From IMG/VR virus record IMGVR_UViG_3300012984_000010: 64,000 nt of DNA; one strand, given 5' to 3'. The notes beneath the pieces were generated by a model. That model saw only the letters and a list, made by a program, of their open reading frames with translations, made no database searches and was not told the origin of the DNA. Both the position numbers and the translations under genes were made by a program. Below, in pieces: positions 19,640-28,537 of the stretch. Every line of letters begins with the position of its first letter. Positions within the stretch are counted from its first letter, which is position 1. This DNA comes from a virus (taxonomy: Duplodnaviria; Caudoviricetes).

Positions 19640-19976
19640 TTTGTTTTTCTCCTAGAGATCGCTTTGATGTGCCGCATGATACGGCCCGAGTTGCGAACTC
19701 TTTAGTCCTTAGGGGTAGTTACACCGTCAGTCGCACAAGGTTCGGGCAACTTAGGCTCGTCAGCAGGGATCCAACCATCGTTGGTAATGGTTCTGCGTTT
19801 ACAGCGAGCACATTTCCACCCAGTTAGGAACGGATGGTCAGTCTGTTCGACATACCAATCATGGCCTTGAGCGTCTTTCATGAATCTGTAGACACCGATA
19901 GCTCCGGACGAGGGACTCGCACCCCCATTTTCCTCGTTCAAAGCGAGGTTGTCCTTCTTTAGACGATTCCGGAATG

Positions 19977-20053
19977 TGGTTCGGGAGGAGGGATTCGAAC
20001 CCAAGTCATTCTGTGGGTCAAAGCCACATGTCCTGCCTTTAGACGACTCCCGA
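19977..20053 (-). tRNA. tRNA-Gln(UUG)
   Basis: TGTGG-CTTTGAC-CCACA; CCA encoded. Confidence 0.9.
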
Positions 20054-20054
20054 G

Positions 20055-20124
20055 TGGTGGTAAGAGGACATCGAACCTCAGCCCTAGTCCTTATGAGAGA
20101 CCGGTCCCGCCTTGGGATACCACC
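20055..20124 (-). tRNA. tRNA-Met(CAU), atypical
   Basis: Loop CTCATAA; short D arm; 8-nt T loop. Confidence 0.6.
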
Positions 20125-20144
20125 GTTTTGGTGTAACTTACACC

Positions 20145-20513
20145 ATGTTTTCCTACGATCATGAGAATCTGCAATGGACTCTGGAACGAGCTTCAGAGCT
20201 CGCCAGGCTGTCTCAAATCATCAGTCGACTTCGGACATCCGAAGATCTGAATGTCAATGAGTGCAACTGGTTTGCAGAGTACCTGCATCCTTGGTATCTG
20301 ATGTTGGGGCGACGACAGAACGTGATCAACACGCTCCATGAAAATCCACTATGGGATCTGTTGACCTCTGACGGTTATCTGACCGCCAACAAGGACCGTC
20401 TTGACGCCCTATGTCTCCAGCTAGACGATCGTGAGCTCGATCAGGCTTCCAGGCAATACATGCTTGAGCTGGCGACCTACTTCCGTCACGAGTATTTGTG
20501 GCAGCGACCCTGA
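20145..20513 (+). CDS. Hypothetical protein
   Basis: 122-aa ORF between tRNAs. Confidence 0.5.
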   Translation: MFSYDHENLQWTLERASELARLSQIISRLRTSEDLNVNECNWFAEYLHPWYLMLGRRQNVINTLHENPLWDLLTSDGYLTANKDRLDALCLQLDDRELDQASRQYMLELATYFRHEYLWQRP

Positions 20514-20583
20514 TGGGATTCGAACCCATGTCGACCGACCTAAGAACCTTCTTGGAAACGCGCTTTCCTAGCGACCTGGGGTC
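20505..20583 (-). pseudogene. Degenerate tRNA
   Basis: T arm intact; acceptor mismatched; no clear anticodon arm. Confidence 0.4.
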
Positions 20584-20729
20584 TCCATGCCATTCGGGGC
20601 AATCTGCAACCATGGTTCAGATATCTTCCGTGTAGAGGTCAACCCGAGCGACGCCCTGTTGACGTGTGCACGTGATTATCGTCGATCCCTCTTTCGAGTA
20701 CAGTCTTCGTTTTTGGCTGTGCCTTTCCA

Positions 20730-21071
20730 CTAGGCTACAGGGTCAAGATTACCTACAATCAAACACTCCTCAATCCACCAATCAGGAGGTGCAGCCGCCT
20801 TCCCAGTTTTAAGAATTGAGATCAAGATCTCTCGTACATCAGACGGTTTTACTGCAGCCTTGTGTGGAGGCAACATCCAACCTTCCTCATGGTCTTGCTG
20901 CCAGTACTTGGACACCAAGACCACCGATATATAGGCGTTTCTTGGGGCCTGTATGGTGATTCGGCATCCAGCAGGAGACTGTCCTTTGAACCGATTCTTT
21001 GGGAATTTGAGTGTGTACGGATACGTAACTCCGTCCACATCTATTTTTCTTCTAGGTCGAGGGAGGGTCAT
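20730..21071 (-). CDS. Hypothetical protein
   Basis: 113-aa ORF. Confidence 0.55.
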   Translation of the reverse strand: MTLPRPRRKIDVDGVTYPYTLKFPKNRFKGQSPAGCRITIQAPRNAYISVVLVSKYWQQDHEEGWMLPPHKAAVKPSDVREILISILKTGKAAAPPDWWIEECLIVGNLDPVA

Positions 21072-21072
21072 T

Positions 21073-21150
21073 TGGTAGCGGAAACAGGGAATCGAACCCT
21101 ATTGTTATACGGGTATGAGCCGTACGTGTAAGCCATTCTACTCTTCCGCA
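21073..21150 (-). tRNA. tRNA-Met(CAU)
   Basis: TACGG-CTCATAC-CCGTA; CCA encoded. Confidence 0.8.
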
Positions 21151-21151
21151 G

Positions 21152-21224
21152 CGCCCTCGGCAGGAATCGAACCTGCATCATCGACTTCGGAAATCGGTAC
21201 CTTATCCAATTAGGCAACAAGGGC
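21152..21224 (-). tRNA. tRNA-Arg(CCG)
   Basis: Loop TTCCGAA. Confidence 0.88.
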
Positions 21225-21405
21225 ATTCAGTACCCTTTCTGGGCCCACCCAAGTAGCTACTCCTGGGAACCTCCCCTTTATTGGAGGGGTGCTCTGAGAT
21301 GTCAGTGGGCTGATTGATCAGAAAAGTCCTGGAAGTGGATTCGGCGCCGAATCTTCATCCCGTTTCTGACGGCAATTGAGCTATGGGTCCAGAAAAGATA
21401 CTGGG

Positions 21406-21489
21406 CGGAAGCCAACCGAATCGAACGGTATGCTGTTACACACGCACTCCTTAGCAGGGAGGCCTCACACCACTGTGAGTTTAGCTTCC
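21406..21489 (-). tRNA. tRNA-Ser(GCU)
   Basis: Loop CTGCTAA; G73; long variable arm. Confidence 0.85.
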
Positions 21490-21563
21490 ATAGGTGTCCG
21501 AGGAGCATAGCCGGCTCCCCGGACGGGTTTGTGAAACTGCATAGGGCCCATCACGGCATTTAA

Positions 21564-21697
21564 GATCACCGATTAGCTCTAAAGCCCGTACGGCTTGCCA
21601 TTAGTCGACCCCCCAGCTCTGCTGATTAACCTGTGTTGATCAACACAGCTGGGGAGGCGGGATTCGAACCCACATGTACGGAGAATTGCCGATGACC
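21564..21697 (-). ncRNA. Circularly permuted tRNA-like RNA opened at the anticodon arm (copy B)
   Basis: 3' half (T arm, CTCCCCA-G) precedes 5' half (TGGGGGG, D arm); TACGG/CCGTA stem; terminal GGTCATCG/CGGTGATC. Confidence 0.75.
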
Positions 21698-21725
21698 GTT
21701 TGAAAGATGGGACGCAGTATCGTAA

Positions 21726-21909
21726 CAAGCTTGTACCCAAACCTCAGCTTTACGGATGCATGGTGTGTCTCTTGCCAATTTGGACTACCTCCCAGTATTG
21801 CTAGCTAACCTTAGCTAGTTAGCAGTGGCTGGGAGGGTAGGAATCGAACCTACACAGGGCTTTCGCCCACACCTAAGCACATTTCAAAATGAGTCTCAGA
21901 TTCAGCTTG
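21726..21909 (-). ncRNA. Circularly permuted tRNA-like RNA opened at the anticodon arm (copy A, CCA encoded)
   Basis: Variable arm, T arm, CCTCCCA-G-CCA, hairpin linker, TGGGAGG, D arm; ACACC/GGTGT stem extended by long terminal pairing. Confidence 0.78.
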
Positions 21910-21919
21910 GGGGTTCCTT

Positions 21920-22660
21920 TCAGGGGGCGAACAAGAAGTCAAACACGGCTTGGCCGGCGACTACCTTGGGCACCTCCACGAGATTTGCTTGCTCACGAGC
22001 AGTCTTGACTGCGGCCATGAGGCTTTCGATTCGAGCACGAAGTTTTTGAGCTCGGTCACGAGACACAGCTCCTGAGAATTTGGTGGTTGACCAGTAACCC
22101 ACCAGCTTGTCCTCTTGAAGAGTCTCTACTTGAGCAGGGTGCTCCTTCGTTGCGTCGTACTTGACGAACGCTCGGGGCAGCTTCTTGGTCCTGCTGGTCT
22201 CCACCACAGCCGTCTTGAAGGCGGAGGTAGCGGAATCGTACGTCCAAGTGTCGGTCTGCGGCAAGACCGGAAGCTTGACGATGTAGGTATGGAGATCAGT
22301 GAGTTGCTTCTCCAACCAGAGCAGATAGGTGGCCGGAACATCTTTGAGAAGCGTGACCCCATCAACCACCACATCAGCCTTGGCCAGTGTGTTGGCCGCG
22401 TCACGTCCCAAGGTGATGTCGAACAAGGCGGTGAACTGTCGACCTACTTCCTTCAACGTCTCCTCAACACGAACCTGAACCTGAGTGTTCTCTGGCGGCA
22501 GTTTCTCACCATCTTCCTCGATCGGTCGATAGGTACGAGCGATACCACTCAACAACGGGTCCTTCTGCAGAAGGTGATAAAGGGCCGTCACCTGTTCATG
22601 TGTGTTGGTCTTGATCTGCTTCTCTACAGCCAAGATCTGATTCAACTTCTGTGCCATCAT
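21920..22660 (-). CDS. Conserved coiled-coil hypothetical protein
   Basis: 246-aa ORF with AGGAGA RBS; KLNQILAVEK...SGIARTYRP. Confidence 0.75.
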   Translation of the reverse strand: MMAQKLNQILAVEKQIKTNTHEQVTALYHLLQKDPLLSGIARTYRPIEEDGEKLPPENTQVQVRVEETLKEVGRQFTALFDITLGRDAANTLAKADVVVDGVTLLKDVPATYLLWLEKQLTDLHTYIVKLPVLPQTDTWTYDSATSAFKTAVVETSRTKKLPRAFVKYDATKEHPAQVETLQEDKLVGYWSTTKFSGAVSRDRAQKLRARIESLMAAVKTAREQANLVEVPKVVAGQAVFDFLFAP

Positions 22661-22721
22661 ATCTCCTAGTCTGATCTTAATTTGGTCAGTGTGTGGCCGT
22701 CCATACACCGAACTTCTTAAG

Positions 22722-22806
22722 CGGAAGGCAGAGTACTCGAAACTCAGCCAAATTAATGGCCCATCGGTATTCGAAGCCGTGTTCGCCCCTGGCGAATTTA
22801 CCTTCC
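22722..22806 (-). tRNA. tRNA-Ser(CGA)
   Basis: Loop TTCGAAT; G73; long variable arm. Confidence 0.78.
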
Positions 22807-22849
22807 ATTAGCGATCTCATCATGTGTTGGCCAACACCGGATAAGATCT

Positions 22850-22910
22850 AGATCCGGTTGTGGACTCGAACCACTTTCGGCGCCGTACCCCTCCCAGGGG
22901 ATCCGGATCT
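22850..22910 (-). ncRNA. Miniaturised tRNA-like RNA lacking a normal anticodon arm
   Basis: AGATCCGG/CCGGATCT; CCCC-TGGGA-GGGG; GTGG-TTCGAGT-CCAC. Confidence 0.55.
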
Positions 22911-22912
22911 TG

Positions 22913-22999
22913 TGGAAGGTGAGGGAGTCGAACCCAAACGGTCCCAATTGTCGGTAATTCACCTCAACAATTGGTCAAGATCCAGCTTGATTTACCTCC
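22913..22999 (-). ncRNA. tRNA-like RNA with enlarged anticodon loop
   Basis: Ser-like acceptor; CCAATTGT/ACAATTGG stem around a 15-nt loop; T arm. Confidence 0.5.
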
Positions 23000-23024
23000 A
23001 TAAAACACTTGTGCAGAGCCGTAG

Positions 23025-23786
23025 GTGATGGAATCGAAGTCACACTCAAAACTGATAAGTATGTCTAGCATGGCAGGGAAAGCCAACGGCATTCTGAGTC
23101 GACAACACGCCATAGATGCGTACCACACCAATCCAAATATCTGCGAGGAATGTGGCAACCCCATTCTAGTGAAAGGAGTTGCCACAGTTGCATCTGTTCG
23201 TAAAAAACGATATTGTACCAGGAGTTGCTCAACCAAGGCTAACAACCGCCTACACCCAAAGAGGGGTTTTGAGGGGAAATGCAAGTGTTGTGCTATCCCC
23301 ATACCTTCAATTTGGACTTACTGTAGTGGGTGCCGTGTCCCAGGTGGTCCAGGGAGAAAACACACAACCAAGCCTTGTCCTACATGTCAAGCAGACTTCA
23401 AAGGGGCTAACAAGTATTGTTCCAAAGCGTGCATACCAGAGCAGGATTATGGTTACACAGAGTACATACGACGCTGGAAACAAGGCTTGGAGGATGGGTC
23501 CAATGGGACTCCAGGACAATTGTCCAACCACATTAGGAGGTACATATTCCTAAAATTTGGCAGCAAGTGTGTCGAATGTGGTTGGGCTAAAGTTAACGTG
23601 TCAACAGGCAAAGTACCTCTTCAAATAGACCATATCGATGGGAACTGGTCCAATAATTCAGAGAGTAACCTTCGACTTGTATGCCCTAATTGCCATTCTC
23701 TGACTGCCACTTACGGTGTCCTCAACAGAGGCAAAGGACGCCCTAGAAAAGCTTCTAGTGGAAGGAATTTTACAGCGGAGAGTTGA
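23025..23786 (+). CDS. HNH endonuclease with zinc-finger repeats
   Basis: CxxC repeats; LQIDHIDGNWSNNSESNLRLVCPNCH; start may be 23061. Confidence 0.92.
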   Translation: MMESKSHSKLISMSSMAGKANGILSRQHAIDAYHTNPNICEECGNPILVKGVATVASVRKKRYCTRSCSTKANNRLHPKRGFEGKCKCCAIPIPSIWTYCSGCRVPGGPGRKHTTKPCPTCQADFKGANKYCSKACIPEQDYGYTEYIRRWKQGLEDGSNGTPGQLSNHIRRYIFLKFGSKCVECGWAKVNVSTGKVPLQIDHIDGNWSNNSESNLRLVCPNCHSLTATYGVLNRGKGRPRKASSGRNFTAES

Positions 23787-23858
23787 ATACTCGAAATTCA
23801 AACCTTTCGGTTCCAACCGATTTCCAATCGGTGCTAAGCCCTGCCTAGTTAACTCTCC
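23776..23858 (-). tRNA. tRNA-Ser(GGA)
   Basis: ACCGA-TTGGAAA-TCGGT. Confidence 0.88.
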
Positions 23859-23869
23859 AACAATGTTAG

Positions 23870-23943
23870 TCAGGGTAGCCGGACTCGAACCGGCAGTCCC
23901 TCCGCCCCGAACGGAGTGCTCTACCAGATTGAGCCATACCCTG
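23870..23943 (-). tRNA. tRNA-Pro(CGG)
   Basis: CTCCG-TTCGGGG-CGGAG. Confidence 0.92.
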
Positions 23944-24152
23944 ATTAAATCTTGATCCGGCCCGTCGGCCTGCTACGCTAGAACCATGCGGCTCTGGCTG
24001 CTGTTTCCGGTCCTTCTAATCGGTTGTGTCCAACCTTACAGGAACCTACACCCTCTCGTACCGCCTGCTGAAAAGCCAGTCCTAGCCCCTCCTCCGAAGT
24101 ACGGGAACAAGGTCGTTTATAGTGTATCGAGGTACTATAAACGAAACATAAG

Positions 24153-24224
24153 TCAGGGTAGCGGGGATCGAACCCGCCAGCGCTTGTCCCCCAGACAAGT
24201 GGCCCACCTTGAGCCTTTACCCTG
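24153..24224 (-). tRNA. tRNA-Pro(GGG)
   Basis: CTTGT-CTGGGGG-ACAAG. Confidence 0.85.
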
Positions 24225-24337
24225 ATTGATGATCGGTACAAGGGAGAGCTGCCGATCAACTCTTCCAAACACCCACACTGACCTACGACCTCACCAGTTT
24301 GGCTGGGTATTCGTAATGAGATGCGGGATGGCCCTAG

Positions 24338-24412
24338 TAGGCGATGAGGGGATCGAACCCGTCCTAAGCTGCCTTGTAAGAGCAGTGTCTTCACCAGAAG
24401 AACTAATCGCCC
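24338..24412 (-). tRNA. tRNA-Val(UAC)
   Basis: CTGCT-CTTACAA-GGCAG. Confidence 0.88.
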
Positions 24413-24561
24413 ATTTCTGTTTTTGAAACATCCAAGACATGGTAGCGGTAGCCACAACCATCGAAGTGTTGTTGACCCTTGTCAGCCTGGCCCTCTGGGC
24501 GGCAAGCGAACTTGGGTACAAGCTCGTCAACCTGGCCCTCGCTCCAGTATCTTAGATATAG

Positions 24562-24633
24562 CGCCCCTGGGTGGAGTCGAGCCACCGCAAAATTGGTTTA
24601 GAAGGCCAAGTGCCGCAATCCCTCGGCAGGGGC
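24562..24633 (-). tRNA. tRNA-Arg(UCU)
   Basis: Loop CTTCTAA. Confidence 0.82.
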
Positions 24634-24637
24634 GTAG

Positions 24638-24709
24638 CGTCTCCACCAGGATTTGAACCTGGAACGCGACTTTCGTAGAGTCGAGTGATATCCGTTTCAC
24701 CATGGAGAC
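24638..24709 (-). tRNA. tRNA-Arg(ACG)
   Basis: CGACT-CTACGAA-AGTCG. Confidence 0.9.
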
Positions 24710-24710
24710 A

Positions 24711-24780
24711 TGGCACCCCTGCTAGGAATCGCACCTAGTCTAGCTACTTCGTAGGCAGCCGCCCATCTATTGGCAAGGGT
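24711..24780 (-). tRNA. tRNA-Arg(ACG), divergent second copy
   Basis: GCTGC-CTACGAA-GTAGC; short D arm; CCA encoded. Confidence 0.65.
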
Positions 24781-24788
24781 AAAAAGAG

Positions 24789-25079
24789 TCAAGCCGAAAC
24801 CCACAAGCCGTCACGGATGAAACCATGATGGCCGCAAAACGGGCACAGGAGCGAAGGACTGAGAGTCAACGGTTCTTCGGAATGTAGCCTCCAATGCACC
24901 TCAGCAATCAAGCCATCTCTGGCGCACGGAATGTACGATTCATGACCGGCCTCTATCGAACAGTTATGCCGGTAATCTACACCGTTAAGTTCATCGTCAA
25001 TGTACGCTCGACGAATACTGACATCGTTTCCGATATCAACCCACTCTCCACGATGACATCTAACGGTTCCTTGGCTCAT
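24789..25079 (-). CDS. DUF6527-like small Cys/His protein (second copy)
   Basis: LTLSPSLLCPFCGHHGFIRDGLW; family name from memory. Confidence 0.6.
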   Translation of the reverse strand: MSQGTVRCHRGEWVDIGNDVSIRRAYIDDELNGVDYRHNCSIEAGHESYIPCARDGLIAEVHWRLHSEEPLTLSPSLLCPFCGHHGFIRDGLWVSA

Positions 25080-25629
25080 GATGATCCACCTGCTTGGAAC
25101 CTCTGGGTTCCATATACTGGAGGATCTCAGTCAAAGAATATGGCCGGTACTCATGGGAGATTTCTTTCGAATCTACCCCCACATCCACCGACTTGCCCCA
25201 AGGCGGGAGAGAGCCGTGCGAGTGGCCGTACAGCATGATGCTACCGTGGTGAGACTTGTTCCACACCCGCATCCCGTAGTGGAATAGACAGATGAACGGA
25301 TGTTCGTCCGAACGGAGCTCAGCGTAAGACTGGATGCTGTCTACCAAGCCGCTACTCAGCAGGCGATCTCGGTTTTGCTCAACCACCCTATCGTGATTGC
25401 CTAACACCAGGTTCTTCCTGCCGTTGAGTTGTTTGAGGATCTGGACCAGCTGAGGGTATTGGCAAAAAGCCAGATCACCTAGATGCCAAACCGTGTCGGC
25501 CGGGTCCACCTGCCGATTCCAGTTTTGGATCAGAGCCTTGTTCATCTCTTCCACCGAACTGTAGGGGCGGTCGCTGTAACGAATCACATTGGCATGGTGC
25601 CAGTGTGTGTCTGAAGTAAAGTGTATCAA
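25060..25629 (-). CDS. Calcineurin-like metallophosphoesterase
   Basis: SDTH, LGD, GNHD, HGHSH motifs. Confidence 0.93.
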   Translation of the reverse strand: MIHFTSDTHWHHANVIRYSDRPYSSVEEMNKALIQNWNRQVDPADTVWHLGDLAFCQYPQLVQILKQLNGRKNLVLGNHDRVVEQNRDRLLSSGLVDSIQSYAELRSDEHPFICLFHYGMRVWNKSHHGSIMLYGHSHGSLPPWGKSVDVGVDSKEISHEYRPYSLTEILQYMEPRGSKQVDHHEPRNR

Positions 25630-25645
25630 TCTATGTTCCTTTCAG

Positions 25646-25717
25646 TACCAGGTGAGGGAATCGAACCCTCCTGAGCTGCCTTGTCGAGGCAGTGCCCTCC
25701 CAGAAGACGAACCTGGC
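25646..25717 (-). tRNA. tRNA-Val(GAC)
   Basis: CTGCC-TCGACAA-GGCAG (C33). Confidence 0.8.
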
Positions 25718-25722
25718 ATTAG

Positions 25723-25795
25723 AGGCGTGGGTGGGAATCGAACCCACGAAAGCCGGACTTGCAAACCGGCGCCTTACCATTCAGACCACCACGCC
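25723..25795 (-). tRNA. tRNA-Cys(GCA)
   Basis: Loop TTGCAAG; U73. Confidence 0.9.
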
Positions 25796-25851
25796 AAAAA
25801 TACTCTTGACAACCTATACGGCATGTTTACTTGCTTGGGTAAGGAGGCAAC

Positions 25852-26184
25852 ATGCTACTAAGCAAAAATCTGATCCAAACCCTCAACTGGGCCTACGAAT
25901 CCACCGGCTATACCTCAAGGCGGCAAACCTTCCGACCCTTGGAATCAGGAGATATTGAAGTTTCTCTGGAAATCCCAGGAATCGACCCTGCCACGATTGA
26001 GCTGGAGTCCACCACCGAAGTACTGACCGTCAAGACTGGAAGCAAGACCCTCAGGTCTTACCAACTAGCTGACACTATCGATTCAGGCAGCATCTCGGCC
26101 AGCGCTGAGTTTGGGATTCTGAAGATCCTGGTGCCGCTGAAGGCCAAGGAAACACCCAGAAAGATCCCTGTGCTGGTGAGTTGA
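25852..26184 (+). CDS. Hsp20/alpha-crystallin small heat-shock protein
   Basis: LEIPGID...ISASAEFGILKILVP; AAGGAGG RBS; TTGACA at 25806. Confidence 0.85.
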   Translation: MLLSKNLIQTLNWAYESTGYTSRRQTFRPLESGDIEVSLEIPGIDPATIELESTTEVLTVKTGSKTLRSYQLADTIDSGSISASAEFGILKILVPLKAKETPRKIPVLVS

Positions 26185-26186
26185 CG

Positions 26187-26217
26187 ATAGAGCGGGAGTG
26201 TTTCCCGCTCTATTTTT
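26187..26217. terminator. Probable intrinsic terminator between convergent genes
   Basis: ATAGAGCGGGA/TCCCGCTCTAT 11-bp stem followed by a T run. Confidence 0.7.
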
Positions 26218-26834
26218 ATAGAGCCAACAGCAACCGATCTAAACCGATTGCCCAACCAACACCTTCAGCATACCGACCGCCTCCGGCGATCTGCTTCTGA
26301 GCGCCAAGTTTTGGGCAAGAGGCTTCGAAGCCGTCTTCTGTGTAGTACCCTAACCCACGCTTCACGTTTGAATCAAAAACGTAGGTAACACCCAACCTGT
26401 CTAAGCAACTACGGAGCAGGTCTTCTACTTCTAGGCGATCAGATGATCGATCCCCATTCAACAATTCTACCCCTACCTGGGTGAATTCTCGATATCGGCC
26501 CGCCTGTGGACGTTCGTACCGATAACACCTAGAAACGTAGAACACGCGCATAGGCCCACGCTGAGACTTGCTCCATTCGTTGTTCCACATCTCTTGGATA
26601 AGAGCCGTCACCTCAGGGATGAGGCATATGGGACGTGCCTTCTTGTCAGGGAAGCAATACATCTGCTGGAGGATTTCTTCTCCAGCTTTCGCTATGAAGG
26701 TATCCTGTCCCCAGATGACTGGGACGATCACTTCACTGAATTGAGCGTCCGTGAAGCAACCTCCGCAAATCCTCCGTTACACGGGAGAAACGGGCGGCAT
26801 CTTCACCTACAATCAATCGTGTTCCACGTAACAT
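26216..26834 (-). CDS. Minimal HisRS-like class II synthetase core, split by a +1 frameshift near 26753
   Basis: MLRGT...LRRLL in one frame continues as FSEVIVP...LIPEVTA, RCYRYERPQAGRYREFTQ, GGGRY, GWAIGLDRL in the +1 frame. Confidence 0.8.
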
Positions 26835-26851
26835 GATGGTCTCCATTCGGT

Positions 26852-26924
26852 TGGTGGAGCCGTCGGGAGTTGAACCCGAAAAAATTGCTTGCAAAGCAAT
26901 CCTGTAGACCCGCTACACGACCCC
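26852..26924 (-). tRNA. tRNA-Ala(UGC)
   Basis: ATTGC-TTTGCAA-GCAAT; G3:U70; CCA. Confidence 0.88.
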
Positions 26925-26925
26925 A

Positions 26926-27010
26926 TGGTGCTCCAGGAGGGACTTGCACCCCCACGTCACTAGGACATTGGCTTCTAAGACCAACACGGCTGCTATTACG
27001 TCACTGGAGC
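26926..27010 (-). tRNA. tRNA-Leu(UAG)
   Basis: TTGGT-CTTAGAA-GCCAA; CCA. Confidence 0.85.
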
Positions 27011-27135
27011 AATTTAGAGCGTTCGAGTGGATGGTTCGGAGATTTTGCAACGGGAGTTGAACCCGTACCGTTTGATTTCAATTCAAATGCTCTACCATTG
27101 AGCGATGCTTGTGTGAACCAGCTTAGTGAACGCTC

Positions 27136-27210
27136 TGGTGGAGTCAACCGGAATCGAACCGGTTTCTGCTGCGTGCGAGGCAGCCGCTCTCCCAATTGAG
27201 CTATGACCCC
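27136..27210 (-). tRNA. tRNA-Ala(CGC)
   Basis: GCTGC-CTCGCAC-GCAGC; G3:U70; CCA. Confidence 0.92.
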
Positions 27211-27214
27211 ATTC

Positions 27215-27307
27215 TGGTGCTGTTGAGAGGATTCGAACCTCCACGGGAACAAGTAAGTCCCTCTTGCTTCTGAGGCAAGCGTGTCTACCAGGTTTCACCA
27301 CAACAGC
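27215..27307 (-). tRNA. tRNA-Leu(CAG)
   Basis: CTTGC-CTCAGAA-GCAAG; CCA. Confidence 0.92.
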
Positions 27308-27484
27308 GTATCGGTTATCGTTCCACACAGCGGGAATGGTGTTGTTTGAACCACTTCCACCAGCGCCAGTAAGTTAGTTGGCCCCTAGCTAGATACAACC
27401 CAGGGACCCACGTCGAAGTAGCCTGACAACGGCTGCAATGAGCCGTATTGTGAGGACCTAGGGTGGTCCACTCTTTTCTGCTAG

Positions 27485-28474
27485 TCATAGTCTATTGAGA
27501 CGATCGATCGCTTTGGTCAATTCGTTTCGTGTGACGGCTAAGCTTAGCCTTACCATCTGAGGGTCTCCGAAAGGAGCGCCATCCATCACATTGACCTTAA
27601 CTCGTTTGGCGTCGAACCTAGGGCCTTTCTGACACCAGCCGAACATGCCAACGGAAGGTTTCGGGATCAACACATCTGGGTTAAGGTCTCGTAACTTCTC
27701 ATGAGCCCAAGCCAGATGATGATACATTTCTCTTGAGAAGGCTTTGCGAAGCTCTGGGTTACGTTTCTCAGCCTCAACGATCGCCAACAAGACTCGTTGC
27801 GAGGCGGTCGAGATCCCAGCAGTGGTGGCTTCTACGAATGAAGTAAGATCGTCATAGTAGACAGGGTTGTGACAAACCACCCACCCTAATCGTAACCCTG
27901 ATAGCCCGTACATCTTAGATGCGCTGAAGACCTGTATATCCCCAAGTGCAGTTAGACGGTAATCGTCTGGCAGGTAACTCTCTGTGTAGTAGGCCGCATC
28001 ATGAATGATTGGCACCACATCTTTGCAGAAAGTTGCTGCTTTGGCTTCTGACAGAACGAACCCGTCAGGATTGTTAGGCATCACCAGCAAGTTGGCGTCT
28101 GCCTTGGTACCGTCAGTCACCGACTTCAATCCGGCCCTGGCCATCATGAACGGGAAAGAGGCCCAATAGGGTTTGCGGTAAGCAACAGATCTTGCCCCAT
28201 GCTGACGGACCGCATGCAGGGCGGCGAAGATGCCGTGCTTTGCTCCTACCGTCATCACCACGGGGGCTTGGTGCCTTTCCTCCAAAAGCTTCACCAAAGG
28301 GCCGTAACCGTTCGGAGGGGCATATTCCCAAATCTTAGGCAAACTCTCAAACGACAATTCATCTAGATCGAAAGTCTGGAGCACCAGCTCGCGGAGTTGG
28401 TGCGGTTCACCTATCCCCAGATCGATATGGTCGGCTGGCAGATGGGTTCGGGCCATCAACACATCGTTGGACAT
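27485..28474 (-). CDS. PLP-dependent aminotransferase (class I/II fold)
   Basis: PNNPDG, HDAAY, SASKMYGLSGLRLGW (PLP lysine). Confidence 0.92.
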   Translation of the reverse strand: MSNDVLMARTHLPADHIDLGIGEPHQLRELVLQTFDLDELSFESLPKIWEYAPPNGYGPLVKLLEERHQAPVVMTVGAKHGIFAALHAVRQHGARSVAYRKPYWASFPFMMARAGLKSVTDGTKADANLLVMPNNPDGFVLSEAKAATFCKDVVPIIHDAAYYTESYLPDDYRLTALGDIQVFSASKMYGLSGLRLGWVVCHNPVYYDDLTSFVEATTAGISTASQRVLLAIVEAEKRNPELRKAFSREMYHHLAWAHEKLRDLNPDVLIPKPSVGMFGWCQKGPRFDAKRVKVNVMDGAPFGDPQMVRLSLAVTRNELTKAIDRLNRL

Positions 28475-28537
28475 ACCTTGGAGGATCCAAAATAGGGAAA
28501 ACCGACATTTCTACCGATTAACCCGTGTATAAAGATC

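Noticed and set aside
27047-27112. tRNA with UGA anticodon
   Set aside because: Acceptor stem does not pair; pseudogene remnant.
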